Shown here in pieces: positions 26,664-40,391 of a stretch of 64,000 nt of DNA (its first letter is position 1; each line of letters opens with the position of its first letter). Source of the DNA: Mytilus californianus (Eukaryota); the NCBI RefSeq assembly GCF_021869535.1, contig NW_026262581.1, positions 79,422,001-79,486,000 of the forward strand, read 5' to 3'. The notes under the pieces were generated by a model. The model ran no database searches and had not been told where the DNA came from. It worked only from the letters and a program-made list of their open reading frames with translations. The translations under genes and the position numbers were made by a program.

Positions 26664-26879
26664 CTGAATTAGAGATTTCAAATGTATTCTCTGTTACAGG
26701 GTAGGTTTTTGTGACCTGTTTAAGTTCATGAAGTGATTCTTGTAGAGTTAAGAGCTGTTTAAACAGTGGACTCTCCAACATTGACAGGATTGATGTGATA
26801 TCATCATCCTTTGTGTAGTCCCCCTGCTCACGTAACTTATTCTGTAAATGATCCAGGAATCCTGATGCTTGATCTGTGT
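26664..26879 (-). CDS. MPDZ: MPDZ/PATJ-like coding exon 2 (L27 domain)
   Basis: Encodes (D)TDQASGFLDHLQNKLREQGDYTKDDDITSILSMLESPLFKQLLTLQESLHELKQ, matching the N-terminal L27 of MPDZ/Patj. Flanked by ttttacag and GTAAAT. 216 nt, phase 1/1. Confidence 0.92.
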
Positions 26880-28348
26880 CTGTAAAATATGTAAAACATT
26901 TTAAAAAACACTCAAGCACTACGTAAAGAAACAAATATTTGCCTGTAAACATTGCCTCAAGTGCTGAGACCATGAAATGTTTCAGAGTTTAACTTGCGTA
27001 ACTAGAATAATTAACTCTTTTTACTTTTTTTTATAGAAAACCATGTTTTTTACTGTAAAAAGTTAATTAACAAAAATACTGAACTCCAAGGAAAATTAAA
27101 AACAGAAAGTCCTTTATCAAACAGCAAAATCAAAAGCTCAAACACATCAAACGAATGGAAAACAATGATTTTGAATTTTGTTTGTTAGAGTTTCTTCAGA
27201 TACATGACTCATACATCATATAACATGTACATGTATATGTACAACTGGTTTTTTTCCAAGATCATAATAAAGACCAAATTATGATAAACAACAAGTTGTC
27301 TTATATTTCATTTCAAAAACTTTGATTAAAAATCACAACCATTATAACAGCTAATAATATGCATTTCTACAGGACTATGATACATGTTTTTGAAAAATAG
27401 CCTATGTCACAACCTCAGCTTTTCATACTGTCAGATTCTACCAGTGATGCATTTTATCACAAAATCATATCATTTGTCATATATGTATCAGCTAGATTTA
27501 TTTTGTAATTTGTCTCACCGCGGTAGGGAACAAAGATTACCCACAAAATAGTTTGATTTATGTTTTCTGGATATTACACTAAATAAATCAATGATTGATT
27601 ATCTATTAAATTCTGTTTGATAAATGAATATTATTTACCCTGACAACAGCTTTTCATATTTTAGAAAACTGCTGCACTATACATACATGTACAAGAGTTT
27701 TTCTCAGCAAATTTGTTTTTCTTTTCATTTCATTGATTTTATCCTTATATTAAACACTTATCATTTCTCCATAACTACATGTAATTATACGTTAGTGCAA
27801 AACTGAATGTCACTAGAAAATAAAATGAAAGTCAAGGTGACTGAATACATGATGTGCATATTATTTTTCAAGGTTTTTCAAAATTTGTTTTAAAACTGTC
27901 CCACAACTAAAATCGCTCACCCCTACAAATTGCAAAACTTGAAAAGTAATTAAAAATTCATTTACCCATGAATTACAGACTTTTACTTTTCCCAAGCAAT
28001 GAGAAAGTTTAATAACAAGGCCATTCACTACAATCCAAGATGTTTTTGCTTTTGTAATGTAAGTTTTACCACCTACTATTGCTAAAATCTGAGCTATGCA
28101 ATCACTCATGTGTAAAATGCATGTGAGCAACATAACCAAATAGTTTGTGGACCTTTATCACTATTAGACTTGTCCAATGATGAAATATTCATTCATAAAA
28201 AAACAACAAATAGACATTAATGTTTTTAAATATTACATTGTCTGACTGAGGAGAGCTCATACTGGTACGGTGAATCACTGTGAGGTGTTCGAATGAAATA
28301 TGCATAAACTATTGATGACAAGCGCATCTATTCTCCTTTTAAACTCAC

Positions 28349-28364
28349 CTGTCACTAATGACAT
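28349..28364 (-). CDS. MPDZ: MPDZ/PATJ-like first coding exon (ATG TCA TTA GTG ACA G = MSLVT/D); whole exon is 28349-28410 including 5'UTR
   Basis: Acceptor gttcttttgcag at 28411-28412 and donor GTGAGT at 28348. Phase 1 joins the L27 exon to give MSLVTDTDQA, similar to the Patj start MHLSAD. Confidence 0.8.
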
Positions 28365-31300
28365 TTTAAATTTTCTCTGGCGAATAAAATCTTCAAATTA
28401 CCATAATGATCTGCAAAAGAACAAAGTAAACCACAAATATATAAATCATGAACATGTATGTAGGCTTCTGAGTGTGTTCCAAATATACAAAAAGAGAGCC
28501 TAATTAGTGCCATTGTATCTTTGATGTCGTTTGACACCTAATGTTTTATTTTGCTTCACCCATTAACAACTTAGTCCCATCCTTCTTTTGGTAACATCAT
28601 CATAATTGAACAGAAATGCTCATCTCACAACGATATTTTTCAAATATATAGTTAAGTTTCTGCAATATTTTCTAGAGGTAAATATTTTAAAGCAGTTTTG
28701 AGAACTAAATGTCAAGCTTTGATTACATGTTACATGTGAATCAGGTTTCCCTTAAGGTCTAAAAAACATTTTTTTGCTTTCAACATGTTCAAGTTTGCAT
28801 AAATAGGTCAAGTTAAATATCCTTTTTAAATAAATTAATAATGTTACAGATTTCATCTTTAAGGTCATACCACTTGACATTGGACACCAGTGTTGTGTGC
28901 AAAACTTTAATAAAAATCATGGGGCATTTGTTTGTAAATTTTAAATACATTGTGAACCAATGCTCTTGAGATCCATTCACATTATTTTGTTAATTTTGTT
29001 AAGACTTAAAAATTTGGGGTTGTTTCTCCTCATTGCCAAATTCAAATCAGAAGTCATGCCAAAAACAAACCGGAATCAACGATTTGCAGAATTAACAAGA
29101 AATTTCAAACACATATTTGTTAAAAGTTGAATAAAGATTTGTGGAAGGCAATGCATCTGCGTATTCTGGGTATAACTACGAAATGAATTCGGAATGATAC
29201 AAAATTTGTTCTGATTATCAAGTGACAGTTAATATTTGTGTATTTACTTGTAAAGTTCTTCATTTTGATCGATAATTGTTGTACTTGTGTTATTTGGCAT
29301 AAAATTATGTTCAGTTTTATCTTGTACTCATTTAAAAAGGGGGATGTGGATTACATAAATCATGTGTTCTGACAAAATTTCTTCATGCATGTAAATTGAA
29401 TGTTATTTTTTTAATTCTAACTTGTACATTTGTAATTAGCATTTGCTGATCAGTCATTAAATAATGCAATTAATTGTCTGCACTTGATCAATGTATTCTC
29501 CTGCCAATTGTATGTGCCTCTACAAGTGATTAGCCTAGGGTACTTGTTAAGGTGCATATATACGTCAAGCATGCATCATTTTCTGTATGCGTGCACCATT
29601 TCAGCAACCTGTGCGTCCGCCAGACATGTCCTATTACATGTATATAAGTGGAGTCCTATCATCATCAAGATGATCTTTTAACTGTTAAAAAGTATTCAAA
29701 GACATGCTTCTTGTAAATATTTTTAAAGGAAATTATTCACCAATTTTTAATAATGTAAATACATCAAATGTATATGGAGATTTGGTGTGAGATGTTTGCC
29801 TCACAAAAGTCATGTCATTGTATGGCTTTCAACAACGAAAACAAATCTGTATACATGTAGTATGTGTTTGGAATGAGTGGGCCAGGGTACAAAGGATTTG
29901 GTTGCTTCAATATAAAATATCGACTATATTAACCCAACTAATCCAGTGTTATAAAAGATCCTTCCATTCGCGGAAGTACATTTAGATAATCAAGACAGGT
30001 CTGATCAGAATTATTTGAGTAACTGGACTATGAACTCATCAGAACAAGCTTAGACTCACCTTTTCAAAAAAGGATGAGTCCCAGGACTCACCCTAAATAT
30101 ATCCTAGTGAGAACGCTGTTAGACATCCTCCAAGGCATCAGTAATTAGGAGGACCCTTTACATTATAATACAATAAGGGTTATGCAATAACAGGCAATTG
30201 ATTATAATTGCTAACAAAACAAAAACATTTGAATTGTTTTACATTTATCATACATGTATCAGGGCCTTTTATAGCTGACTATGCGGGTATGGGTTTTGCT
30301 CGTTGTTGAAGACCATATGGTGACCTTATAGTTGTTAACTTCTATGTCATTTGGTCTCTAGTGGGAAGTTGTCTCATTGGCAATTATACCACGTCTTCTT
30401 ATCTTTATATTAACATTAATATAAATTTGTGTCTACGGTTAAGTTGCATAAATGTTACCCTAGATTTATTAAACTTTTAACCACTTTATTTTTGTTGCTG
30501 AATTCTCCGATATGAATGATGATAATAATTATTCTTTCTTGATAATAATTATAATAAAAAAAATTATTATTATCATTACTATTGTCATTATTCAACATTA
30601 CCGTCATTATACTCTGAACAATGAACAAAGTCATTCCCATTCCTAAAATTTTTTTGGGGTGAAAAATTAAAAATTTTGAATGCATTTGAATCAAAACTAA
30701 AAAATATCAAGATTATACAGTTATATAAATGATGGAACTGAAATATTAAAAGGAAATATAAAAAAACATCACTTGTCTCCAAGAAAAATTTTGGACGAAA
30801 ATATTAATAGTTCAAGAAAAAAAAAAAACTTTTCACCTCAAGCATGGCAGTGAAAGCTGGTATAACTTCAAAAATTGAAATTGCAGGGTGGAACTATTTA
30901 GTGTGAAATACCGACGTGCACATTGCAGTATCACTCTTTTGTGGTGGCTGCCTAGAGTGGTTCCACCAAAAATGTGTGGGACTAAAATATGTTAATATAT
31001 TACATACATATGAGACATACTATATAACTATTTCCAGCATACATTGAAATGCATTAACGTAACAATAACACAATGTAACCTTACTTGTCCTTAGACACAA
31101 ATAATATTAATATAAATTAATCGTTTCCTAACCCAACCTAGCATTTTGGCAATTAGTGTCCAACATTACAATAACATTTTTTATTGTAACATTTTTAACT
31201 TAATTGTAGCCAGCGCCTACTTTTAACCATAACTGTAACATATGTACTTTTTATGATAGAAATAAATCTAGTCCTAATTCTACTTGTTCATTTTATGTAT

Positions 31301-31600
31301 TCCACTTAAGTTGATATGTCCATGAGAGGCCTTCAATTCAGGATATGAAGACAATATCTTATCTGAAGAGAAAACTTCAGATTTGCTGCTTCAATCAAAT
31401 AACATTGATACACGTACATTCCATACATATTTGCAGATACAAAGAGGCAACATTGTAAACAATGGAGGAAAAGATACTTTGTTTTGTTATTAATGCTCAT
31501 AATTATCTATGTTTATAGTTTGGTTTTCTACATAATGTAAGCAAAAATAAGGTAATATAGCGGGGCTGTGACGGAAAAACTAATAAAAGTGACAACTTAC

Positions 31601-31720
31601 ACTTCGAAAATATACCGGAAGTTGACAAATGGAAGGTGGCGCATAAATCACAGACGTCCTTGACCCACACACTAAAAATATCTTTAGATTGGACTTTCCC
31701 GTGCCCCACCATTTACACCG
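31601..31720 (-). promoter_or_regulatory. Candidate non-coding first exon/promoter of MPDZ (shared divergent promoter region with TMEM234)
   Basis: Locally CpG-richer segment with a GTAAGT donor on the minus strand at 31600 and an ETS-type motif CCGGAAGT at 31615-31622. The upstream boundary is approximate. Confidence 0.45.
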
Positions 31721-31877
31721 GGTTGAAAATGACTTTTCATACATAAGACATTGACACAATAATCTTCAGATAGTAACTTCAATTTTGATATTATTCTAAT
31801 GCTTGTATAAATGTAACTATTTACAACATTAAGCAAACCTTCAAATATTGTAGGTTTTTGAAAAAGGGGGAGGGGGT

Positions 31878-31982
31878 CATAGGCACTTAATTGTTTCTAT
31901 CCATGGGAAGATCCACTATCAACGTATAGCCTAAATGTACGTTGATGGTAGATCTTCCAATGGATAGAAACAAGTGCCTGTG
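31878..31982. mobile_element. 105-bp foldback element with CATAG-type termini
   Basis: About 45-bp imperfect inverted arms around an 11-nt loop; flanked by GAGGGGGT / TAGGGGGT (7 of 8 match). Confidence 0.65.
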
Positions 31983-33740
31983 TAGGGGGTGTCAATAGTC
32001 CAGATAATCATGCCGTCTGTTGAAGTTATTTTTCGATTTTGATTTTTTTATCCTTCGTAGGAAGGCGTCAAAGCCAAAAATAGCCTTCCAAGACGGCTCA
32101 ATGATAAATAACTGAAAGTGAGCTTGGGGTACTTTTCTCTTTATAATAAATATCATATCAATAATCATATACAGAAAAAAACATCTTGTAGCTCTAATGG
32201 TTCTTGTAATTTTTGATAAAATTAATCAGAAAACATAGTCAACCTTTAGAGTTACGATTCAACAGACAGGGGAATCAGGGTCTGTTATCCCTGACTCATG
32301 TTCGCCCTCGGTTAGTTCCTTCTAATACATGTTCACCCTGGGTCCATTGGGCACTGATTTTTATTTTGTTTTGGTGTCTCGTTGTATAGTGTTTATTATT
32401 GAATAGATATGTTAAAGTTTTTGAAAATTTTGCCTAATATTCATGTTGCAGTGCTACTACCAGATAATTATTTTCCTTTTTAAAAATTGCCACTGAAGAG
32501 TACATACAAGGTATTTAATATAAAAATTCTGAAGTCCAAGTTATCTGCATATATTTATCTTTATTGATACATTTTTACAATTTGAAAACAAACATTAACA
32601 GTTATAACAAGAACCAATTCGAATTAAGTCATTTGCATCACACACCAGTTACATGTCCTAACACTATAGTGCCTAACAAGATTTTGTGAGGTAGACGAAA
32701 TTGACCGTAAAATGATTGTATTGAATTTTGTTGTCCAAAAATAGGCAGATCGGAAATATTTTAATATTATTTACTGACTACTTTTGTGTCGGTTTAATTG
32801 TAATTATAACATTATAATGAGACTGAAAAATGCTTTTTTTTTGTTAAGATAAACAATAAATTTTACCTGGCGTATCAGTGCCTAAATTGTATTTCAACAT
32901 TTCTCTTCAGAAAATGACTTGTTTAACAGAATAAAACGTATGATTTGTAAGTTTTCTTTTTTTCTCTCGGGAATAGGCCATTAAAAAATAAGTTATCTAC
33001 TCTATCATGTCTGTCAGTGGAAAGTTCTGTGAAAATTTAAGAAGTGGCAATTCTTACCATTCATACCATTAGTTTCATTGAACAAAAATAATATGGACTC
33101 ATCCAGTGTCCAGTTTGAAGGTCATTTAAATTACTGTACATGTGTGTGTACATATAAAAAGAAAACAAATTTTTCAAATACATTTTGTCGTACATGGGCA
33201 TTTTGAATAAAAATTTTAGGGGCCCAACCCAAATTTTAGTAGCATTGACTACTGGGTCCCTGCTAATCTTTTTCCCTGGTTAGGATGACATGTCTTCCTG
33301 TTAACTCTTGCCTTGTAAACTATCACATTAAAAAACATACTCAGAGTGTAGGTCTACTACAAAACAGAATTCATATACATTTTAATCCTGATATCCATGT
33401 AATATTTGCCACTGAACTTTAAACATAAAAGCATCCATCCGTCTAACTCTACTGTTCATGAGATTAAATGGGGGAGGAATATCAAAAAACTTTTTTTAAC
33501 CCATCCACATTCTTGTGCCAGTCTTAAGACCACTCAGCACAGGTGGATCATACTACCAGATAAATAGCTTTCGGGCGTCAATGAAAACAAGACATAATGT
33601 CCTTTGTATCATTAATTGTAGAAGAAAAACTTCCAAAGGAAATAATTTGATTTTGAATTTATATAATAAATATGATAATCTTAATATCAATAGAAAATTT
33701 TGAATTACAATGTAATTTATGAATAGAAATATTTGCAGTA

Positions 33741-33949
33741 CTGTGGATTCATTTATTTTCGTGGGTACCAATTTTCGTGGATTGAGGAAAACTTGCAATT
33801 TTGATGGATATTTAATATCGTGGTTTTGCCAATGACTGCGTACAAGCCATTAGAAAATTTGTAATTTGTTGAACATTTAAATTTTTGGTTCACCTGTACC
33901 CACGAAACCCAGGAAAATTGGTATCCAACGAATAATAATGAATCCACAG
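33741..33949. mobile_element. TA-flanked MITE
   Basis: TA-CTGTGGATTCATT ... AATGAATCCACAG-TA. Confidence 0.8.
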
Positions 33950-34175
33950 TAATTTTTTTTTAAATATTTATTTACAAATGATGGTTTGTTAGATATTTTG
34001 AAGTGTGTCCTAGAATTGAGCCTCACATGTAGTGAAATGAATATGTTATGTGGGGCCCAATTTGTGTCAAATAAAATGTTTGATAACTGACTTGACTTCA
34101 GTTTTTATATAAAATTTTGTCTGTAAACTTCTATTACATCAGATTATTTAAAATATTGATTTTTCCAGAAATATT

Positions 34176-34331
34176 ATGACACAGGTTTTATGGTTTGTGG
34201 TAGTGGCAACACTTTGGGGTGGAACAAATCCTCTAATTAAAAGGGAAAGTCAAGGAGTTGAAAGAATTAGAAGAAATAACAAAGTTAAACAGATTCTTGC
34301 AGAACTCTATTTCCTCTTTTCTAACTGGAAG
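34176..34331 (+). CDS. TMEM234: Transmembrane protein 234, coding exon 1
   Basis: MTQVLWFVVVATLWGGTNPLIKR...LYFLFSNWK matches the TMEM234 N-terminus (LWGGTxPLxKR). Acceptor ttttccag at 34167-34168 and donor GTTTGT at 34332. Confidence 0.92.
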
Positions 34332-35995
34332 GTTTGTTTTATTATTTTATTATTCTTTTAAACTTTTTCCAGGTCAATTTTGGTCTGATTGGACAAAGTC
34401 CAAAACCAGCTAATAGTATATTGGGCAGGCTAATGGATGGGCAGGGAAAAATTGGTACCTAATTTGTGTAATCAACTCCTACAGTTTTTTTTTCCCTTTT
34501 TCCAGACTTGGGAACTTTGTTATTTTTCAGCAATATTTATCAAAGAGGGTACAAATTTTGTGTAATCAACTCTCTCCTACAGTTTCAACCCAGATCCCTG
34601 AAACTTCACAGGAAGATTAGTACATATGTTTATGATGTGCACTTGAGGATTTTTCCCATTCAACCAGACTGTGGTCATTTTTTTAGCAAAATTTAGTCAC
34701 AAATATTGCAACCTGACTATTTCAGACTTTGACCTATTTTTTATCCTTTGAAGAAGACTTTTGATATTTGTTATATGTGTACATTACCTAAAAAAAATGT
34801 GTTTGTATCATCACAGAAGACTGCTGATCTTAACCTTTGATCTCAAGGTCAAATAATTGTTTTTTATTTATCACAAGTGTCCACTCCAAACAATACATAT
34901 TTTTTTCTCCATATCTGAAACCTTTCAAGTGCACTTTATGGTTATGTTTGAGCCTGGTGACACCCCCTTAATCATATAATAAATTCTTTAAATATCTCAG
35001 TAAATGTTTAGATTCCCACCAGTAAACCATAAATACCGGTATTCTTAATTACCATGATCTAACCTTTCTAGTATACCATAGGTTTTGTCCCTTGGGTCAT
35101 GCCTTGCCATTTATACAAGTATCTTAAAAAAAGATAAGATTTCCACCTGTAAACCATATATACTGGTATTTTAAATTATCAAGACAAGACCTCTCCAGTT
35201 TTCCAGTGCATGATAGATAATAAGAACTCATCCAAGGTGAAAAATGTCATTTTCATTATATTATTAATTCTAATATGACCTTGATAGTTGAAAACTGACT
35301 AGACTGTGTTTCTTTGTCATTTGATTATTACCCTGTAGTTTCAGCAACCCATCTATGCTGCCTGGAAGTAAATTTAACTTCATTGTCTTACTAGGGAGTA
35401 ATTACTGTCAAGTCAGGTCCGCCAAAATGTTCAATTTTACAGATCTCTGACAAAAACAGTGAACTTTTTTTTATTGACCAGTAATGCCAGTTTGTAAATG
35501 TAAAGTGAAAGCATCAAATTTTGATTTGTTAATCACATTATCATGATTATGATCAAGAATACGTTATATATTTGACGTTTATAAAAGCCAGTTGAATAAT
35601 TATTAATAATCACAAAATATATATTGTTACTTTTCATTTTTACGCTTTAGCCTTGTATAATACATGTAGATGAGTGCACATGATTTGTATTCGACCTAAA
35701 AGATGTTGAGGTCGACTGGGGCATACCCTTTAAGTCTGAATCTGTGTCCACAGCAGTTATTCAAAATACCATGTGACTTTCATTTCAGTTACATGTGGAA
35801 CTCGTTGGATTTCTATTTATATAATATTTAATCCCATACTTCGTTTTCAATTGTTGTGTTAACTCTGTTGTTTAACTGTATTCTGTTTAAATCACTGAGA
35901 GATGCAGTAAGACTAATTTTATCTCAGTTCAATATGACATGTTTTAAGATCACTGATTTTACAGTAGCACCATATATAATAACTTTTCATTTCAG

Positions 35996-36062
35996 TACTG
36001 TGCAGCATTCCTTCTGAATCAGTCTGGATCTGTGTTATTTTACCTCACTCTAGCTTCAGTTG
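35996..36062 (+). CDS. TMEM234: TMEM234 coding exon 2
   Basis: YCAAFLLNQSGSVLFYLTLASV contains the family motif FLLNQxGSxLYYLTLAS. Flanked by tttcag and GTATGT. Confidence 0.93.
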
Positions 36063-37080
36063 GTATGTACAAGAAGTATAAACAGAAAACCATATTTATA
36101 GATGAATATAAATTTAAGAAAGATAGAATTTTAAAAAGCTGCAACATATTAAAATGTACACACTGATAAAATCTTTTATAGCAAAAACATAATATCTGTC
36201 GGTTTCTTCTATCTAGAAATTAAGCTTGTTAGACCATATTGGTGCATAATATTGTATTTATTAGAGGTATAGATATTAAGGATGTTGTGTCCAGCTGGCC
36301 AAGGGGGTAAGTTTCTTCTTAAATTGACTTGCCATCAATGAAATTTACTTGGCTTTTTAAAAAAGTATATTGATGAAATTAATTGGCCAAGCAGGCAAGT
36401 TGTATTTGGGTTAAGTTTGCCCTATATAAAATCTTCTTGCCATTGACTAGCAGGAGAGCTCATGTTTAAACACTAGTTTTCTACCAGGGACAAAATTGTA
36501 ACCATGTTTGTTCATGGATGTAAAAAAGACATTAGAATATTCCTAAAAGGTTTGGTTACATAAAATACATGTTTAATAGTACATGTAGTAATAGAGAGAT
36601 GTGGTGTGCAGGCTAATTAGACAACTTTCCATAAAGATGAAGGAACAACGATGTGAACAAACTAAGGTCACTATACTGCCTTTAACTATAAGAAAACCCA
36701 ATCCCATATAGTAAGCTATAAAAGGCTTTGGGATGATAAAACTTAAAAATATGAAATAATTCAAAAGAGACAAGCAACAGCCTCAATAAACATATAGCAA
36801 TAATCAGTTCTGGTGTATCCCCACTTTAAGCTTATTTAGCTCAATTGGGCTATAGAGAGTAGCCCTAGTCCTAAACATGCATGCAATATTTGCCACTGGA
36901 TGTTAAGCAACCTACAATCAATCAATCTTTATGATCTCGATTGAGCTATTAAAGATATATCCTTTTGACAGTTTTCAAGTTAATTACAATTTCTACAGTA
37001 ATACTTGAAAAGTGCAATCTAAAACTTTACAGTTATAAAAGCTGTATATTTGTATATACAAAATTTTACACTTTAACACA

Positions 37081-37510
37081 ATATAAAAATAAGGAGATGT
37101 GGTATGATTGCCAATGAGACAACTATACACCAAAGCTAAAATGAAGTGGATGTAAGCAATTATGGGCAGCTGTACGGCCTTTAACAATGAGAAAAACCCA
37201 TACCGTATAGTCAGCTATAAAAGGCCCCGACATGAAAAATATGAAACAATTCAATTGAGAAAACTAACAGCCTAGCTTATAACAAAACAATTTACAAAAA
37301 ACAAATATGACAGACATGAACCAACAACAACCACTGAACTACAGGCTCCTGACTTGGGACAGGCACATAAAGAATGTGGCAGGGTTAAAAACATGTTTGT
37401 GAGCGCTCAACCCTCCCCCTAACCTGTGACAGTGGTGTAACAGCATAATATAAGAACAAACTATAAAAATCAGTTGAAAAAGGCTTAACTCATCAGATCG
37501 ATACAAATTT
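37081..37510 (+). mobile_element. Abundant SINE-like dispersed repeat (GGTATGATTGCCAATGAGACAAC family), intact copy
   Basis: Other copies or fragments at about 925-1180 (-), 2410-2490, 23880-23940 (-), 30255-30410 (-), 39800-39890 (-), 42180-42292 plus 43920-44150, 45660-45800 and 49965-50075. Confidence 0.8.
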
Positions 37511-38039
37511 TTTAGGAATTAATTTTCATAATAAAATTAAAAATTTATTGTGAAATTTATTCAGTAGGACTTCTTGATAATGTCTCCAAAGTATTAGACA
37601 GCACTTCCAAATAATAAGTAGGAATCTGAAATTTCACTAATGAAATGAAAAGGGAGATAATTTTTCATAGCCTGATTGAGTTATTTTAGCCAGATCAAGC
37701 TATTTTTGCTCAAACTGCAGATATACTAAACCTGACAATGGCAGTAATCAATCAAAAACAATCTTTGGAATACAGGCTCCTGGTTTGAAAAAGCACTTGA
37801 AAAAGGTTTACATATATTTCTTTGAAGTGAATTATGGATATAAATTTTTTTAGTAAAATATTTAAGTCTGTTAGACCGTTTTTACCTCGTTAGAAGGTTA
37901 AATAAATATTTAACAACAATTTGATGAAATTTAAAAAGAAAAAGCATGGCATGTACAAATAAGAAATACATTCATAAGTTTCATACTTATGTTATGATTT
38001 GATAAAATTGCATATGAAAATGATATCAAATGAATAATA

Positions 38040-39058
38040 TTTATACGACTGCAAAAAATTTTGCGGTCATATATTGGTATCTTGTTGTCAGTGTCATCTG
38101 AAGACATTTGGTTTCCGAACAATTACTTTAGTAAATGTAAATAGAAATCTATGAAATTTAAACACAAGGTTTATAACCACAAAAGGAAGGTTGGGATTGA
38201 TTTTGGGGGGTATAGTCCTAACAGTATAGGAATTAGGGGCCAAAAAGGGGTCTAAATAAGCATTTTTCTAGTTTCCAGACAATAACTTGTGGAACGGTGT
38301 AATTATACCACAAGTTTCCATACCACAAAGGGATGGTAAGAATTGGCTTTGGGGGGTTATGGCTCAAACCGTAATTAATTAGGGGGAAAAAAAGGGTTTC
38401 CTGGTTAATGGACAATTAAAAAAAAGTACAATGTTATGTTTGGATTACCTCCCTTACACTGCTTTTAAATTATGTATAAAGAAATGTTGTATTGTCTTGA
38501 GGTGATTAGCTGTTAATTTATTTTTAGAAGTTACTATTTAAACATGCTGATTAAGGAATATTAATTTTAGGCATGATTATGTATGTCATTTTCTATTTTA
38601 AGACTTTTATGATGTATTTAAATGGGTAGTTATGGTTGCAAACTCCATTGGAAATTTGAATTGAGATTATGACCATATCTTGAGGGAAAGAATTTTTTTT
38701 TGGAAAAAGGTGGGGGTTTCAGGAATTATAAAGAAAATTTCTCTAAATATTAATATTTTTTCAAAAAAAGGGGGGGTAAACACTTTTTTTTTTTTTTTGG
38801 GAAGGGGGGGGGGGGTCAATTCGCAACAGCATAGTGTATTGCACAAAAGCAAAAAATTGAATATAAATTCGAATCATATAACCAATTCTAAGTTCTTTGA
38901 CTACAGTTATTCTGTGTCAGAAACCTATTATGTGTCAAATATTTAATTACAATCCAAATTCAGACCTGTATCAAGCGCGAATATTGTGTCCATTTTTGCC
39001 CCAACTGTTCAGGGTTGGACCTCTGCAGTCGTATCCAGCTGTGCTAGGGGAAGCAATT
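38040..39058 (+). mobile_element. HINE family B copy (older, about 2 internal units)
   Basis: ttatacgactgc head and ctgcagtcgtatc tail; reverse orientation relative to the 17068 copy. Confidence 0.75.
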
Positions 39059-39228
39059 TATTTTTTTGATATAAAATCTTTTCTAAATCAATCTCCTAAA
39101 AAATCAAAAACTATTACGCTGATTTTGATATACCTTTGTTTCAGATAAAATAAAGAACTATATCTTTCTCAGTCTGAAAAAAAACCCTGCTTTTATTTTT
39201 TTTTTTTCATAATTTATTTATATTGTAG

Positions 39229-39321
39229 AGTTGTCCTTGGCTGTTCCTGTTACAAATTCTCTTACTTTTATATTTACTATGTTATCCGGCCATATCTTGG
39301 GAGAGAAGATTCAGAGTTTAG
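39229..39321 (+). CDS. TMEM234: TMEM234 coding exon 3
   Basis: (E)LSLAVPVTNSLTFIFTMLSGHILGEKIQSL contains the family motif LAVPxxNSL...GE. Flanked by ttgtag and GTGAGT; phase 1/1. Confidence 0.93.
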   Translation, partial: SCPWLFLLQILLLLYLLCYPAISWERRFRV

Positions 39322-40391
39322 GTGAGTTCACAGTATGATAATTTAATTAAACATGGACATATGATATCCATATGAGAGAGAATCAAGCTTTTTGTCTGCA
39401 AATGATATGAATGTGAACTTTGTAGTCTCTCATCCATTTTAGACTTTCTATAGATTAATTCCTGTCTTAGTTTTAATAATGACCTTTTCTTATTTATATC
39501 TTGTACCTTCTCTCCATAATTTTGTGCACAAAGTTTCTGTACAAGCAAGTAGAGACACAGTGGTGACATTTTTTTGCTCAGTAATACATTGCATCTCAGC
39601 TGGAGGAACATGTAAACAACCTGAATTCGTCTGGTCTTTGCTGGTGTGTCTGTAGGTACATGGTGACTTCTCCTGCCCAGTAGGCATATGATACGATAGA
39701 AGTTGTCAGTTATTGTTTTTTTCTCTTTTTAAGTGTTTTCACATTTTGTCTGTTAAAGTTTACTATGCAGTTTGTGATTTGTTAATAGTTTAAAGTGACC
39801 TGTAAAACTTTGTTCACATCCTTGTCCTTCTGTCTCTGGTGGATAGTTGTCTCATTGGCAATCATAACACTTCTCCTTATTTTATGCTCTGTCTAAAATA
39901 GTAAGGAGCATTTTGTTTTCTGATCTATTTGCCTGTTCGTCCATACAACTGCCCTGTATCAGGTTAAAGTGTTTTTGTTAAAGGTAAGTTTAGCACGAAG
40001 GTGTGAATTTGCAGAGCTGTTGAAAATGGTCTAACCTATCAGACCTGACTTGCTTTGATATGATGAGGACCACGGAAATATGATGTTTTCATATACCCTA
40101 AATCAGGATATTTATGAATTTTTGACAAAAAGGTAGCAATCAAAATTTGACACCTTGTATCAATATCATAATTACCTAGTGAAGACAAACATCTTTATGA
40201 GAATTAATATTAAATGAAAACTTATCATATATGATTGTAATAAGGGAAAACATTTTGATGTTAACATTTCATTAATTTAAATCTTTTTATAGTAATATTT
40301 ATAAAGAGGGCTATTAATGAAAGCTGTTACACCATTTGATGTTATATATCTATTATATAATTAGTATTATGATTATCGAAAAGCTTGCATT

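Noticed and set aside
29470-29690. Minus-strand DDDRTPLIY...CLADAQVAEMVHAY, vaguely ankyrin-like
   Set aside because: Requires a frameshift across two stops, has no splice signals, and is too short to support.
37470-37500. Minus-strand CUGAUGA-GUU...AAC in the SINE-like repeat
   Set aside because: The GAAA box is replaced by UGAU and there is no cleavage triplet or stem I. At most a relic.
39330-39690. Coding-looking minus-strand segment in a TMEM234 intron
   Set aside because: Multiple stops in all frames and no recognisable domain. It could be a decayed TE or gene, but this is unsupported without BLASTx.
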